Source: Plasmodiophora brassicae
Lineage: Eukaryota
Direction: 5' to 3'
Length of the DNA stretch: 64,000 nt
Assembly (NCBI GenBank): GCA_036867785.1
Contig: CP145410.1
Span: forward strand, 1,860,001 to 1,924,000
Below the pieces are notes generated by a model. It saw only the letters and a list, made by a program, of their open reading frames with translations, made no database searches and was not told the origin of the DNA. This document shows positions 34,742 to 47,549 of this stretch, in pieces. The position numbers and the translations under genes were made by a program. Numbering within the stretch: the stretch's first letter is position 1; the number at the start of each line of letters is the position of its first letter.

Positions 34742-36030
34742 TGTCACGGCCTGGCGGTCGTGACCCCGCGCGCGTGACGTCACTGCACCGTGACGTCACC
34801 AGGGCAGCTAGCCCAGCTTCCGGCAAGCTGTCCTCTTCCGGCAACCTGCCTCGTTTCACCTCACTTCCCTACATTAGCGGATTCTTGTTGATACACCTAG
34901 TACCACCGATCTCGTGTGCTAGCGTCCCGTCGGCAGATCGTGTCCCACCTCATTTTTTCGGTGAACTCTGGGCATCATGGATCCTCCCAACGCTCCGGTC
35001 GACAACCCGGACGTCCCGGACGAAGCCTCCAGCTCGTCATCCGAGCCGACCCCGCTCGCGGAAGTCATCGCCCGTCATCGGTCCGACCTCCAGGCCCAAG
35101 TTCAGGGCCTGCAACAGGCAATCGCCACCCATGGAGCTTCATCCCGCGAAGCCCGCGCCGCTCAGGCTGAGGTGTCGCGCCTCAGCGAAATCCTGATCAC
35201 ACTCCAGCAGGCTGTCATAGCACTCCAGCCGTCCTCCACTTCACGACCAGCTCCCCAGCAACCGGTCGTCCAAGCGACGCCGACATCGTATCAGCTCTCC
35301 GCTCGGCGCTCGCGAATTCCTCACGTCTTTCGAAGATCGCCTTCGCGCTCACGGCTACCCAACCGACCGGTTTGTGGACACCCTTCTAACGGCCTGCGCA
35401 CCGCCGATGAGGCGGACTGGTGCCGTGCCGAGCTCCGCGACAAGTCGTGGGACGAGGCCCGTCGTGCGTTCTTGGAGCACTACGCCGGTGGCGACATCCT
35501 CGCCCACTACCGCCAGCGCCTGGAGCACGCTTTCGCCCTTGCAGCGCGCCAGGAGCTCCAGGCGCTGGCGGTAGTGGGCGAGGATGTCGCCACCGGCGTA
35601 GTGCTCCAAGAACGCGCGACGGGCCTCGTCCCACGACTTGTCGCGGAGCTCGGCACGGCACCAGTCCGCCTCATCGGCGGTGCGCAGGCCGTTAGAAGGG
35701 TGTCCACAAACCGGTCGGTTGGGTAGCCGTGAGCGCGAAGGCGATCTTCGAAAGACGTGAGGAATTCGCGAGCGCCGAGCGGAGAGCTGGACGGGTCGAC
35801 GTGCCGCTTGAACTTTGGCAAGTTAGACGGCAGCGATACCCGATACGATGTCGGCGTCGCTTGGACGACCGGTTGCTGGGGTGCTGGTCGTGAAGTGGAG
35901 GACGGCTGGAGTGCTATGACAGCCTGCTGGAGTGTGATCAGGATTTCGCTGAGGCGCGACACCTCAGCCTGAGCGGCGCGGGCTTCGCGGGATGAAGCGT
36001 CCCGTCGGCAGATCGTCGTGTCCCACCTCA
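34742..36030 (+). mobile_element. Rearranged LTR retrotransposon remnant: 5' LTR, gag, inverted gag, 3' LTR tip
   Basis: TG...CA ends with 5-bp TSD GTCGG (34737-34741, 36031-36035). LTR 34742-34952, whose last ~32 bp recur at 35996-36030. Gag-like ORF from 34977 (DWCRAELRDKSWDEARRAFLEHY). Confidence 0.9.
35136..35998. repeat. Near-perfect long inverted repeat (arms 35136-35526 and 35555-35998, 28-bp spacer)
   Basis: Arms are reverse complements with few mismatches. The left arm lacks ~53 bp present in the right arm. Confidence 0.97.
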
Positions 36031-37910
36031 GTCGGATTCGACGTCTGAGGAGACGCTCGTATGGCTGGTTGTGTTGCACCTGGAGCAGCTGGATGTGCGT
36101 CCGGGATTCGCAGAATTCGCCTAACGCTGCCATACAAAGGGTGTAACCGCAGCTACCACCGACGAATATGGATGGTACATACGCTGAAAATGTCGTCTTC
36201 GCGGCGGCTGAAGACGGCACAGATGCCGCTACACGGGATAAGTGTGGAACTATCGCTGGAAAATTACAAAGGGCACACCAACGCCGGAACACCAGTGGAC
36301 CTGAAATCAGTACATGCACATGATGGAATGCCCCCCGAGCAACGAATCCGTGACAAGGAGTTTTTCTGGATGTTTCCGGGGTCCCCACAGTAGACTCCCC
36401 TGAGACAGCATGTGACAACACCAGGACAGAAGTACCACATGGGCCCACCCGTATCCAGCTCACGGACGACGCTCAGATATCGTGATTCCATTTGCTTGTT
36501 TCGTAATACGGATTCGACGTAATCGCTCAAGTGCCAGTCGTGCCGTATCAGACGGGACAAAATTCCAGACGTCTCATCCTCTTGTTGCTTCTGCACTTGC
36601 GCCAGATGTGTTCGGGGGCATTCCGGCATGTGCATGTACTGATTTCAGGTCCATTGGTGTTCCGGCGTTGGCGTGCACTGCAATGTTCCAGCGATAGGTC
36701 CACACTTATCCCGTGTAGCGGTATCTGTGCCGCGTTCAGCCGCCGCGAGGACGACATATTCAGTTTATGTAACATCCATCGTCGGTGGAGGTTGCGGCTG
36801 CACCCTTTGTACGACAGCGTTAGGCGAAATCAGCGAATCCCGGACGCTGCAGCACACCAAGCGCCATTCGTTTCAGATCACGATGATGACGTCTATCACA
36901 AAGTCGTCTACCCTTCGAAGCCAAACACCCTGTATCGGATCCTGTCGGAAGCATTGGCATGCTCGTCTGGCCGTCTGTTGACGCGTGCGCGCTGTTTTCC
37001 AGTGGGTCAATGCCGCAGGGATCGTCTATGTCGCAAGGACCCATTGCCGGAACATCAACGCCCGAGCCTCTAACGCTCAGGCAGCTCGCAAGCTGCGGCG
37101 CAGAGATGCGGCGCGCCGGACACCACTGCACGATTTCGTCGACCATTGCCCATTGCGGTACTCCGCGGCCCGCGGAAAGGGTTGACCGCTGCCGTGGCCA
37201 GTACGGATTATTGCGCGGGACAGCAACGGGGATTCGTCCCCGCTGGAGGAAAACCTGGTATCGTCCCGATTAGTTGGGGTGCGGATGCCTCGCTATACAG
37301 ACAGGCAGCGACGACTGACCGTATAGGTATAAGGGCTTTCCTTGGACGGATATGCTCCCAGGTCGGTTCGCTTTGCGATTCGGATCACATCAGGCGACGC
37401 AAACGCGCCACGTCATCGTTAGAGGCGTCGATTCAGAAGAGAGGCACACCGGGCGTCACTGTGCCAGCCAGTGGTGAACACCCGTTTCTTTCTCGTACTG
37501 ACCTACTGACCTGCAGTCGGTACCGTCCGAGTTATGCGGATCGCTGCCGCTTTACCTGGCTATTGTACGACGGACCGGACGCGGCACAGTACGAACCAGC
37601 GCTATGTGGGCACTGTGCGTCGTGCTGGCCTGGCGGTGATTGCGCCCTCAACCGGACGAAATGGCGTCGTGGCAGGCACCGCATCGGCGGCCCAGCAGCC
37701 CACCACCGATAGCGAAAACTCACCAGGTTGCCTGCGAACCGCCCGCGTCTCAGCCGGGGCGGTCAGCCGCGCCGCCAGGCGCCGGCGCCACCGAATCTCA
37801 CGTCGATTCGGCGGCCTCGGCCCAGACCGGCAACTCGTCCGGCAACACGAAGAAGAAAGCGGTACCGTGTGTGCCAGCGGACAGCCATCGGGCGCTGGCT
37901 GATCCAAGCC

Positions 37911-40900
37911 ATGCAGTCGGGGTTCTCGAACCGTTTGACAGCGATCCGATTGCGCATGAAGGTCCTGCTCGTCGTGGCCGAGGTCATCCTTGCCGTCGCG
38001 CTCACCGTCCAGCTCGTCGCCCTGAACGCCGGCCTGTCGAGCGCCCTCGTCCGTAAGAACGAGGCGTTCGTCAAGCTCATCGCCTTGCAGTACCAGGACG
38101 CGTCCAACAAGATGGTGCATCGGCGCCTTCCAATCGAATCACGCGTCACTGCCGGTAACGCTGACGCTGAGTAGGCACTCGGCTCGAATACCTACAGGAC
38201 GTCGTCGTCGCCGATCTGCGCGGCCATGCTGTCGCCAGGCGCGACCCGGGTGGGGGTGAACGCGTTGACCCTCGAGACCCGCCTCAGGGCACTGGACATT
38301 GCTGTTGTTGTCGACAGCAACGCCGTTATCCAGCTTGCCGGCCATACACACCTGATCGGGACGACCTTCGACCCGTCGACAGAGATCAGCACGTACATCA
38401 ACAGCAGCGCCAAGGGGCAGGTCGGGAGACACTTGCCTCTACTGGGGCAGACAGTGCTGTCGATGCCTGACCAATTGCTCAGCTGAGTTTAACGGTCATG
38501 GCCGACACGACGTTCCTGCAGTCGCTGGGCGTGCCCGAGTACGTCACCAATGGCGACAACGCGCTGCCCGGCTACTCGGTCAACAGCGTCGCGCCCGTGC
38601 GGCTCGTCGTGACGCCCCTGGAGTGCCGGCCAGGGTCTGCACCGACCTCCTTCCTGATCTTCGGTAACAGGACCCAATTGCCGGGTTCACCTACCAGGTG
38701 TTGACCTCTGCGGTGGGCAGGCGACATGATCACCCGAAGGAAGGCGACAATGGTGGCGGAGGGGCCGTCGTCGTCGAAGGACACGTTCTCCGCCATCATC
38801 GGGAAGACCCCGGCGGGTTCCTGGACGACCTTCGCCTCGTACGAGCGCGTGGTCGGGGCGGACCCGCCGACCTACCCCGACTACGACTGGTCGACGTTCG
38901 CCACCGACCTGGACACGGCCCTGCAGGACCCTGGACGGATCCATTCGACGACATCCGTCCGCCTGGGTGCTGACAGCCCTAGCCTAACGCTGCCAAGCAT
39001 GGAGCTTATGAGTGTACGGCGCTAGGAACGTCGACGTACACGGTTTCGTACATGGCGAGGTCGGCGGCGACAATGGGCGGCCAGCCGTACGACCAGGTCA
39101 GTTCGCCCAGCGTCGTCCTCGTCAACGGGTCGCCGCAATCGCTACAGCAAGATATCATGTCGGGGGCCATCGCCTGGCACGTCCCCGCCGGCATCCTCAT
39201 GATGATCGCCACCGTCGGCGCCACCGTTGCCGTCGGTACGCTGTCGAGCTGGTTGCCATTAAGCCGTTCTCCACTGACTCAGGCACATGTGTCCAGTGAA
39301 GCTGTTCATTGTCCCGGTCGAGGCCCTCATCGAGGCATCCGCCCATAAGCAGTACGCCGCACGAGTGCACACAGTGTCGTCTGACATGGAACGTCCACAG
39401 GTTCAAAAGGTTTAATGAGGGTCTGCGAAAGCTAAAGAAGAACCGGCCGCACATCTACCTGCTGACCGGGATCATCGCCATGACGCAGGGCGTCCTCCTC
39501 GGGCTGGTCTTCATCAACCGGCACATGATCACGAACGCGTTCGCCAACTTCTCGGTGGTGACGTCGCAGGTATGCACCGATGGAGTTGGCGTCCGCCTCC
39601 GGGTTCTAATGGCGTCGACATCAACGTCAGGGCCAATCGATGAACTACATCGTCAACACCAAGCTCGAGCAGATGACGCTGGGCATACAGACGCTGGGGT
39701 TCAATCCCGCTGTCGGGCGAGCGGCGAACAGCACCGATCCGACCGTCGTTGCCACTGTCAACGCGCTGCTGGCCGCCCAGGTATCCCTGAGGAAGATCGA
39801 AGTCGCCGCCCTGGTCGATCTCAGGTCGGTGACACCTTGACGTGGGTCCTTTGCCCATCGTCTGACGCCGTATTGAACAACAGCGGCGTCGTTGTGGCCA
39901 GCGCGTTGCCGGCGACCATCGGAGCGCCATTCGGCGTGAGGCACATCGTCGACTACGTGCGGGACCCGCCCACCAACACCACGTTCGCGTTCATCGATCG
40001 CATCCCGCTGTCGATAATGCGGGCCGTTGCGAATGAGACCGTCTGGCGCGATCCTCTGGCGGGTACAGTCGTTGCACCATCCACCCTGCGATGGTCCCAG
40101 GCGACCCATGGCGTCCTGGTTCGCGTCGTCGTCAGTCCCGTTCTCTACGACGCCACTGGTAACTTCCAATGTGACGTGTACGTCGTACAAATCGTCACTT
40201 AACGGGTGTCGCAGTGCCTTCGAGCCCGGTCTCCTACTTGGTGTTCGTCGATGCGCTGAACGGCAAGGGCGCCGTCATCGAGAACGTCATCAGCACGTTC
40301 ACAGATGGTTACGCGGGTACACACGTCATTCACGTATGGGGGAAATTGGCGTCTCCAGCTGACGTTGTCGCCAGCGATCTACTTCCTGGATCCGAGCACG
40401 CGTACGATGGTGCTGACCACGTCTGCCCTGCAGGTGACGGTGTGTCTCGTATACGACATCCGGCACGACGTCTGACGCAGTGGACAGCATTCCGGATCGG
40501 GACCGATGCTCGCCGATACGGGTATTGATATGGACGTCTTGTACCGGGGCGTGCTCAGCGACCTGAACGGATCGGGGAGCCTTGTGGAGCAAGGCAATAC
40601 GGTCGACGGCGAGGGCATGTCGGTGGCCATCGTCCCGTACCGCAAGTTCCCGCTGGCAACGACGCCCGTTCGCGACACGTCGGATTCGTACACGATGGTG
40701 TACATGGTGCGAGGGCAAGCCGAGGCGTCGTGGCAGCAGCTGCTGGCGACGCAGCTGTCCGTCCAGATTGTGATCATGGCGGTGGAGATGCTCGCCTCGG
40801 TGGCGATCACGCTGCTGGCGTTCGTGCCCCTGCAACGGTTCCTGAGCGCGCTGGACCGCGCGTTCAACGTTCCGTCCATGTCGCAGGAGCGCATGGCGAA

Positions 40901-41072
40901 ATACGAGAACAAGGCCATGGAGATGGTCCAGGCGGCTGAATCGGGCACGCGGGACCAATCGGAACCGGCCCGCAGCCACCCGAATACGATACCCGTCATC
41001 AGTCACAACATGACGATAGGCGATACGTCCAACCGAACCACCAGGGTTGATGCCTGGAACGAGGAGCGGTGA
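37911..41072 (+). CDS. Four-TM membrane protein with two tandem Cache-like extracellular sensor modules; many exons; start uncertain
   Basis: TM-ectodomain-TM occurs twice. Module 1: LETRLRALDIAVVVD..IGTTFDP..VRLVVTPL..FLIFGDMI. Module 2: QVSLRKIEVAALVD..IGAPF..LVRVVVSPV..YLVFVDALNGKGAVIENVISTFTDGYAAIY. Confidence 0.65.
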
Positions 41073-41303
41073 GCGCTGGCCGGTGGGCGTCCTGCGGCGT
41101 GCCCTCGATCTGGCCCCGGTTCTCTGTTGTATGAACAAACCCCTTCGGTCTGACCTCGTCCAGTCGTGTATCCATGCAGACGAAGAGGCAGCCGTGTATG
41201 CAGGACCCTGCCTATCTCTTCCGACGAACAGGGGCCGCCGGTCCGGGTACCTTGGAGCGCATGGCGTCGATGTGGGCGGCCGTGTGGAAGTCCCCGGTGG
41301 CCA

Positions 41304-42365
41304 CTACGATGCACGTTGCCGGTTAATAGACGAGTCCGGTGTACCACCAGGTGGAAGTGTCGACGTCAGCGTACCTGAATCGAGGACACGCCATTGGAGT
41401 TTGCGTTCCCGCTGGGCCCAGATCAGGTTCTCCTGCTCCGTCAGGCGCGCCCTGTGGTCAGCGGGAAGCGAATGCCGATTGGCCAGCAGGTACTTGACGG
41501 CGAGGGCGCGCGATGACGCCCAGTCGGTCATCTCCAGAGTGCGCTGCTCCTTGTTGCACCGTCGCAACTCGGTGACGATCTCGTCGAACTCGATCGGGAC
41601 CTTCCGTGTCGGCGCTGTGTCAGCCGCCAGGCCATCGCAATAGAGGTGCGGTCTGACCGCTTTCCCGAGGTCAATCTCGACCAGGTCCAGGGTCCGCTTG
41701 AGGTCGTCCAGGGTTAGATGTCGTGGATCGTCCAAGCTGGCCTTGCTGGCTGTGGCAACTTGTGCCGTCAGACTGTCATGCAATCTGGCATGGACCTGCG
41801 CCGCCATTGTGGCCTTGACAGCCCGCTATCGACGCGAGCAAGTCGGTCTCATATACGTCCAATAGCAACAACGGAATACGGGTCGACTCACACGACGCTT
41901 CTCTGTGAGGTCCCCCAGAGGCCTGGGCACAATGGCTCGCAGGCGCCTGCGGACCACCTCGGGTGTCAGGGGTCTGAAGCGACCCATGAGATCGCCGACC
42001 GTCTTCCCGGTCGGAAGCTTGACGCCGCCTACGTTCTTCGAGAAGACCCTGCGGCGTGGCGTGGCGGGCGCCGACCGCGGTGGCAACCTTAACGTCGGTC
42101 GCAGCTCGTTCATTGGGAACTGTTTCGGGCGCCTCTCTGCCCGGTGCTCGTCAGACCCGTTGAAGCAGTGCACGGCGAGGCCGGGCACCATACCAGTGAA
42201 CCGTGGTGTGGATTCCCACCCGGAGCAGGCGGCGCACGCGGTGATGGCCCCGCGGCACATCGACCGACAGGCGGGGCACCACGGCGGCGCCGCCCAGACC
42301 CCCTGCCGGAGCCGCCGTTCCGTCTCCTCGCATCTGGCTGCCACGGCGGCCTCGATGTTGTCCAT
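41304..42365 (-). CDS. Hypothetical protein (CxxC pairs near the N-terminus); 3' end uncertain
   Basis: Consecutive coding-like ORFs 42365-41826 and 41807-41304; CPAC..CAAC. Confidence 0.45.
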
Positions 42366-42550
42366 AGCGCGCGCGTACGCCGGGGCGAATCTTCGCAATC
42401 CCCAATGATCGGGCGCAGATTAGGGCACGCGGTCACATAGCAGAGAACGTGGCCGTCCAGTGTGTCCCCCCAAAAAATCGACCACGAAAAAATGGGCCAC
42501 CAAAAACGTGGTCGTTCGCATCAGATTGATCGTGGTCCGTCGAAGACATC

Positions 42551-44186
42551 ATGTCGGATGACGCGCCGAAGCAGCTGGCCGACCACTCCGCCGAGGTCAA
42601 CGCCAAGGTGCCGCAGCTGGTGGCGGCCGCCAAGGCGTCGCCGGGGACGCTGAACGCGACGCTGGAGTCGTTGCTGGCGCTGGAGAAGAAGACGCGGCTG
42701 GCGGCGGATATTGGGTCGTCGAAGGTCGTCGCCCTGTCCATACTCAACCTGCTCAACGCCTTGCAGAAGTGGGCGGTCCTGAATGACCATATCCGCCTGC
42801 TGTGCAACCGACGCGCCCAGCTCAAACCCGTCATCCAGTCGGTCATCCAGACCGGTGTCACATTCGTCGACGGCGTCCCGAACAACGCCATCAAGACCGA
42901 GCTCATCAATACGCTTCGTGAGGTACGCTTCCCTGGTAACCAATTTGGTGCCCATTTCGACATTCCACTCCGTCGACATGCGCCTCATTCGTCCATCGCA
43001 ACGACTTTTGATGATGTGGCCTATTGGCATCCCTTGCTGACATCGTCGTCGACTTGTAGGTGTCCGAGGGGAAGATCTTTGTCGAGCTGGAGCGTGCTCG
43101 TCTGACGCGTACGCTGGCGGGGATGCTGGAGGCCGAGGGCAAGATCAGCCAGGCCGCTGACATGCTGCAGGACGTCCAGGTCGAGATCATGGGGTCGATG
43201 GAGAAGAAGGAGAAGGCGGAGTTCCTGCTGGAGCAGATCCGGATGATGCTGGACAAGGGCGACCACGTCCGCGCGGATATCATCGCCAAGAAGGTCAACA
43301 AGTCGGTCCTGGGCGACGAGCCCGAGTTCGAGGAGCTCAAGCTGAAATTCTACCAACTGATGGTGCGGTATCACAAGCACGCGAACAACTACCTGTCCAT
43401 CTGCCAGGCGTACAAGTCGATCTACGAGACGCCGTCCATCGAATCATCGGCTGACGCGTGGAAGCCCGTTCTTCTGAGCCTGAGCGTTTTCGCCGTTCTG
43501 GCCCCGCACAGTCCTGAACAGGTCGCTATTGTCAAGTGGCTCCGGGGCCTGGCCAAGTTGTCGGCGCTCCCGTCCGCCCACGCCGTCATTGAATTGGTCA
43601 GCACGCCCGAGCTGATCGGGCGTCCGATCCCGCAAGCAAAGGAGTGGGAGAAGGAGTTCTTCTCGGGCGAAAATGGCAAACAGATGAAGGCAGACCTCGA
43701 CACGCGCATCGTCGAACATGTAGGCAGCGTTGTCCCTGTCCATGTCGGAAGCGGCCGTCGACGATCTGATGATTTGTTGCAGAACATTCGCCTGGTTGCT
43801 CGTAACTACCTTCGGGTTACGTCGTCCCGACTTGCAGCGCTCCTGCAGCTGACAGAAGAGGCAACCGAGAAGCACCTCTCCGACATGGTATGTTTGCTGA
43901 TGCGTCCCGTTAACGCTGTGCTCTGTGCTGAAGGTTGAAACACGTAGGTTTCCGAGAAAGCCCTGTTTGCGAAGATCGACCGCCCCGCAGGTAAGCGCAT
44001 CTGTCGTTTCGCCTCAAGCGTCGTCGGGGAGTTGAGTACCGTCTCCCAGGCGTTGTATCATTCCGACCGCGTCGCAACCCCGACATTGTACTCAACGAGT
44101 GGTCGTCCGATATCAGCGACCTGCTTGGGCTGGTGGAGAAAACGTGCCACCTGATTAACAAGGAGAACATGATGCATGGACTCTGA
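42551..44186 (+). CDS. RPN5: 26S proteasome lid subunit RPN5/PSMD12, multi-exon
   Basis: LLALEKKTRLAAD; RRAQLK; SEGKIFVELERARLTRTLA; QVEIMGSMEKKEK; RIVEHNIR; FAKIDRPAG; LVEKTCHLINKE. Confidence 0.97.
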
Positions 44187-44259
44187 TGATACACCGGGAG
44201 AATATCCCTGTATTGTTATGTATTTGCCAATTGAAGTGTGTCTGCCGGGCTGTGCCGTT

Positions 44260-45547
44260 TCAGCCCAGCTTTCCCCTGATGTCGCACGTTAGCGGCAGGC
44301 GCCACTGTAGCGCGTTGGACCTACTGTCGGGCCTTCTTCATCACGTGGTGTAACGATCGGTTGCTGAACATGCTGACGAACTGGATGGTGCTGAAGACCC
44401 CGCCGATGATTGCACAGAGCTGGACGAGGAAATGTAGGAATGGCTGCCGTCGCTTTGTAAACTGGACCGTGATGGGCGACAGGTCGTACCGGAAGTAGAC
44501 GGCCGGCACCTGGAAATGCCCTTCGAGACTGTTCGAGTTCGCCGTGAACTTCCTGCAGGGTTAGAACGGCATGGCCCCCCGGTGACAAGCGCCGTCGGTT
44601 ACCTGGAACGTCCGAGTCGACTTGCCGTTCAGCTCGGTATAGATCGTCGGCACAATCTTGATGTAGTACTCGAACGATATCGTGTGGTCGTGGCCTCCGC
44701 CGGCGCCTGATTCTGGCTCGATGACCTTGGACACGCCATCGAGCGGATTGAACGCCGATACGTGCCTTCGCAACGACGATCCCTCGGTTACTATACGGAG
44801 GCAGCCGTCCAAGGAATCGGACGATGCGACCTGATGTCAGAGGTGTCGACAGGCTGCTCGCCGTACGACAGGTGATGTATGTGATGCGAGCAGTTCATCG
44901 GGTGCTTTGAGTCGAAGTACAACTCGGCGAGCTCGTAATGGGCGTGAGCAGAGACGTGGAAGTTGCCGGGAACCTGCACGACCAGAACTCAGAAAGGGCT
45001 AGAAGCGCCCTACGTATGGCGCTCCAGCACCTTCTTAACGAACAGGCTGCCGTGGACTCGGCACCCTTCGCCTTTGTACTGCCTGGCGGATTCCAGGGTC
45101 AACCCCAGCGACGAGAACGATTCGCCCGGGCTGCCCTTCGGGTTGCCGTTCGAGTCCAGCCGCGTCTTGATCAAACCGCCACCGACATCCAGCTGATGCG
45201 ATCCCATGATATCCTGGGCGTCCACCGACACAACTGGCGGTTGCGAGGGTCAGCGTCAATGTCACGAAGCAGACGATGGGCTACTGACTGGAGCAGGGCA
45301 GCGCGTGCATAGTGATATCCATGTTAATGGTGATACGCGAATCCGGGCCGTCTGTGGACGGGTCCACGAACATGGTGTTCGTCGTCTCCGTCGTCAGGAA
45401 AGAGGCCAGCTCAGACAGGAACAGGAGCGCCATCGTCGCCAGAGCCACGACGGATAAGGCACCACCGGCGGCCGTCGGCTCGGTCAGGTCTGAGGGGACC
45501 TCTCGGTACACATCGAACCGCTTCAACCGGGACATGAACGTCGCCAT
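44260..45547 (-). CDS. ER-Golgi intermediate compartment protein (ERGIC1/ERGIC3/Erv46 family), multi-exon
   Basis: LKRFDVYREVPSDLTEPTAAGGALS; EGCRVHG..VPGNFHVSAH; FEYYIKIVPTIY; PAVYFRYDLSPITV; LCAIIGGVF; C-terminal GKLG. Confidence 0.93.
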
Positions 45548-45777
45548 CGTGAGAGCGATACGCGGTGCGGTCCCCACAGATCGATGCTGGTTCTAGAACT
45601 GGGCGACAGAACCGACTCGATTTCACGAGCGCGGCCTCACGTCATCCACCAGTGCCAGACAGCCACTAGACAACGCTCAGGGAGAACCCCATGTCCCACG
45701 GTCGGATCAGGCTGCCTCATGTAGCGTAGAATGCCGATTTACTGAACTGTATGCACCATGCGAATGAAGACGACTGT

Positions 45778-46356
45778 CTAGTACATGTCCTCGTCTTCGT
45801 CCTCGCCGGCGCCCTTCCCGCTCTTGAGCGTCTTTCGCTTGACACGACCAGGTCGGCCCTGACCGAAGGGCGACGTCAGCGCGAAGTCGATGTGCTTCTC
45901 GCTGTCGACGCGGACGGCGAACGATGGGATGTTGACAATACGGCGACCAACACGGATGTGGCGCTGCTTGATGAGGACGCGCGCGTGGTGAATGGACTTG
46001 GCGAGACCGTCCTTGAAGACCTTGGTCTGCAGACGACGCTCCAGGAACTTCTCCACGGTCAGTGCCAGGATGAAGTCCAGCTTCTGTTCGGCCTCGGTCA
46101 GCAGCCCCATACGGGTCAGACGGCGAAGCAGGGCAGCGCCATCGAAGATGCGGCGAGGGTCCTTCTCCTCCAGCGTCAGCAGGATACGAGCCGACTTGCG
46201 GATCTTGGCGAGAGTCAACTGGACGCGCCACAGTTCACGCTTGTTACGCAGGCCGTACTCACCAACCAGCTTCAGCTCACGGTCAAGACGCTCCTTCTCG
46301 AACATGTGACGGGGCGTCTTGGACGTCTTCGAACAGTTGCGGTAGTCCTTACCCAT
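45778..46356 (-). CDS. RPS9: 40S ribosomal protein S9 (uS4)
   Basis: [57 protein letters not shown]. Confidence 0.99.
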   Translation of the reverse strand: MGKDYRNCSKTSKTPRHMFEKERLDRELKLVGEYGLRNKRELWRVQLTLAKIRKSARILLTLEEKDPRRIFDGAALLRRLTRMGLLTEAEQKLDFILALTVEKFLERRLQTKVFKDGLAKSIHHARVLIKQRHIRVGRRIVNIPSFAVRVDSEKHIDFALTSPFGQGRPGRVKRKTLKSGKGAGEDEDEDMY

Positions 46357-46763
46357 GGTTGATCCCTGCTCTCGTCCGCCCTACGAACACACAGACGGCC
46401 CGACTCCCGACACGCTACGAACGCTCTGGTAGGCCGGTTATGACCACGGACTCCGTACGGACTACCTACTGCGTTCTATTAGGGCGCCCTCATATATTCG
46501 GGCGCACCGATCAGCAACCCGCCCAGGCATTCGTCTCGGCAGCGGCGTCCTGGAACGCCGCCGCTACACCGCCATGGGTACCAGAGGCATGCCAGGATAT
46601 GCGGATGCTGTCCATCAGGTTTAATTACACGCGCATATCACGTACGTACGTTGTTCTGGGGGTCTCGTTGACCGCATTAATCCCTCGACCAATCGACGCC
46701 AGGAGTTCACCTGGGGCGCGCCGACGACGAGAAGCAAAGTAACACAAGGCGAAGTAGCATACA

Positions 46764-47396
46764 ATGGCGTCCATGTATTCCTACCTACAACGTGAAGACG
46801 ATCGTATTCGGTTTCTTATTCGGACGCGACTTTTGGATGATGACCTGAGCGAAACAGTAACCCCTCGGCAGCTTCGAGAGTTTCTTGAGGAAGAATTGGG
46901 CCTGGATCCAGGCACGTTGTACTGCGTTCGACAGCAGATACGTCGGTTGACGGACGAGGTCATTGAAACACTTCGTGTGACGCATCACCACATTCGGCGG
47001 CGGCGAAGTGGACGCCGATCAGCCTCGGGCATGTACTTGCATCAGTTACGCCGTCTTTGCCTCCTGCTTAACGTCAAATGCGATGACATCGGCCCGCTAC
47101 CGCTGAAGAACAAGATTGTTACGCTACACGCAAGGCTCGCATCGCACCCTGATCTGACACCAGAGGAAATCACACCGGACAGCATTGCCGAGGCAATCCA
47201 GTTCCAGCGCGACATCGTGAGCCTCAGCGGTCACAAGATTAGAACACGACCTGACTCTGACCCGGAACCTACGGTGGGACCGAAACGGGCGAGAGTGGAC
47301 GCAGCCACAGCTGCTGCCATGGAGACATGCCGTGCGAACGTCTTGGCCCAGCTGGTGGAGCTCGATGCGCATTACAAGGCACTAATGGGTTATTAA
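46764..47396 (+). CDS. Hypothetical protein with a DEK-C-like N-terminal domain
   Basis: IRFLIRTRLLDDDLSETVTPRQLREFLEEELGLDPGTL..RQQIRRLTDEVI. Confidence 0.55.
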   Translation: MASMYSYLQREDDRIRFLIRTRLLDDDLSETVTPRQLREFLEEELGLDPGTLYCVRQQIRRLTDEVIETLRVTHHHIRRRRSGRRSASGMYLHQLRRLCLLLNVKCDDIGPLPLKNKIVTLHARLASHPDLTPEEITPDSIAEAIQFQRDIVSLSGHKIRTRPDSDPEPTVGPKRARVDAATAAAMETCRANVLAQLVELDAHYKALMGY

Positions 47397-47549
47397 ACCG
47401 GTATAGCTTGCGGGCAGGCACTGATGTATGGACATCCGGTAAGTAACGCCTTCTCGCTGGGGGTGTCTGCAGGACGGGCCGGAAGAAGGACAATCGGCTC
47501 CGGAGTCCGTGGCGGAGTCCGCAGCGGACCTTACAGTTACTGTCTCAGA

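Larger units (their letters stand above)
34660..36945. repeat. Older diverged inverted repeat, with its left arm split by the LTR element
   Basis: 36097-36345 pairs with 36608-36848, and 34660-34736 pairs with ~36860-36945, with scattered mismatches. Confidence 0.85.
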
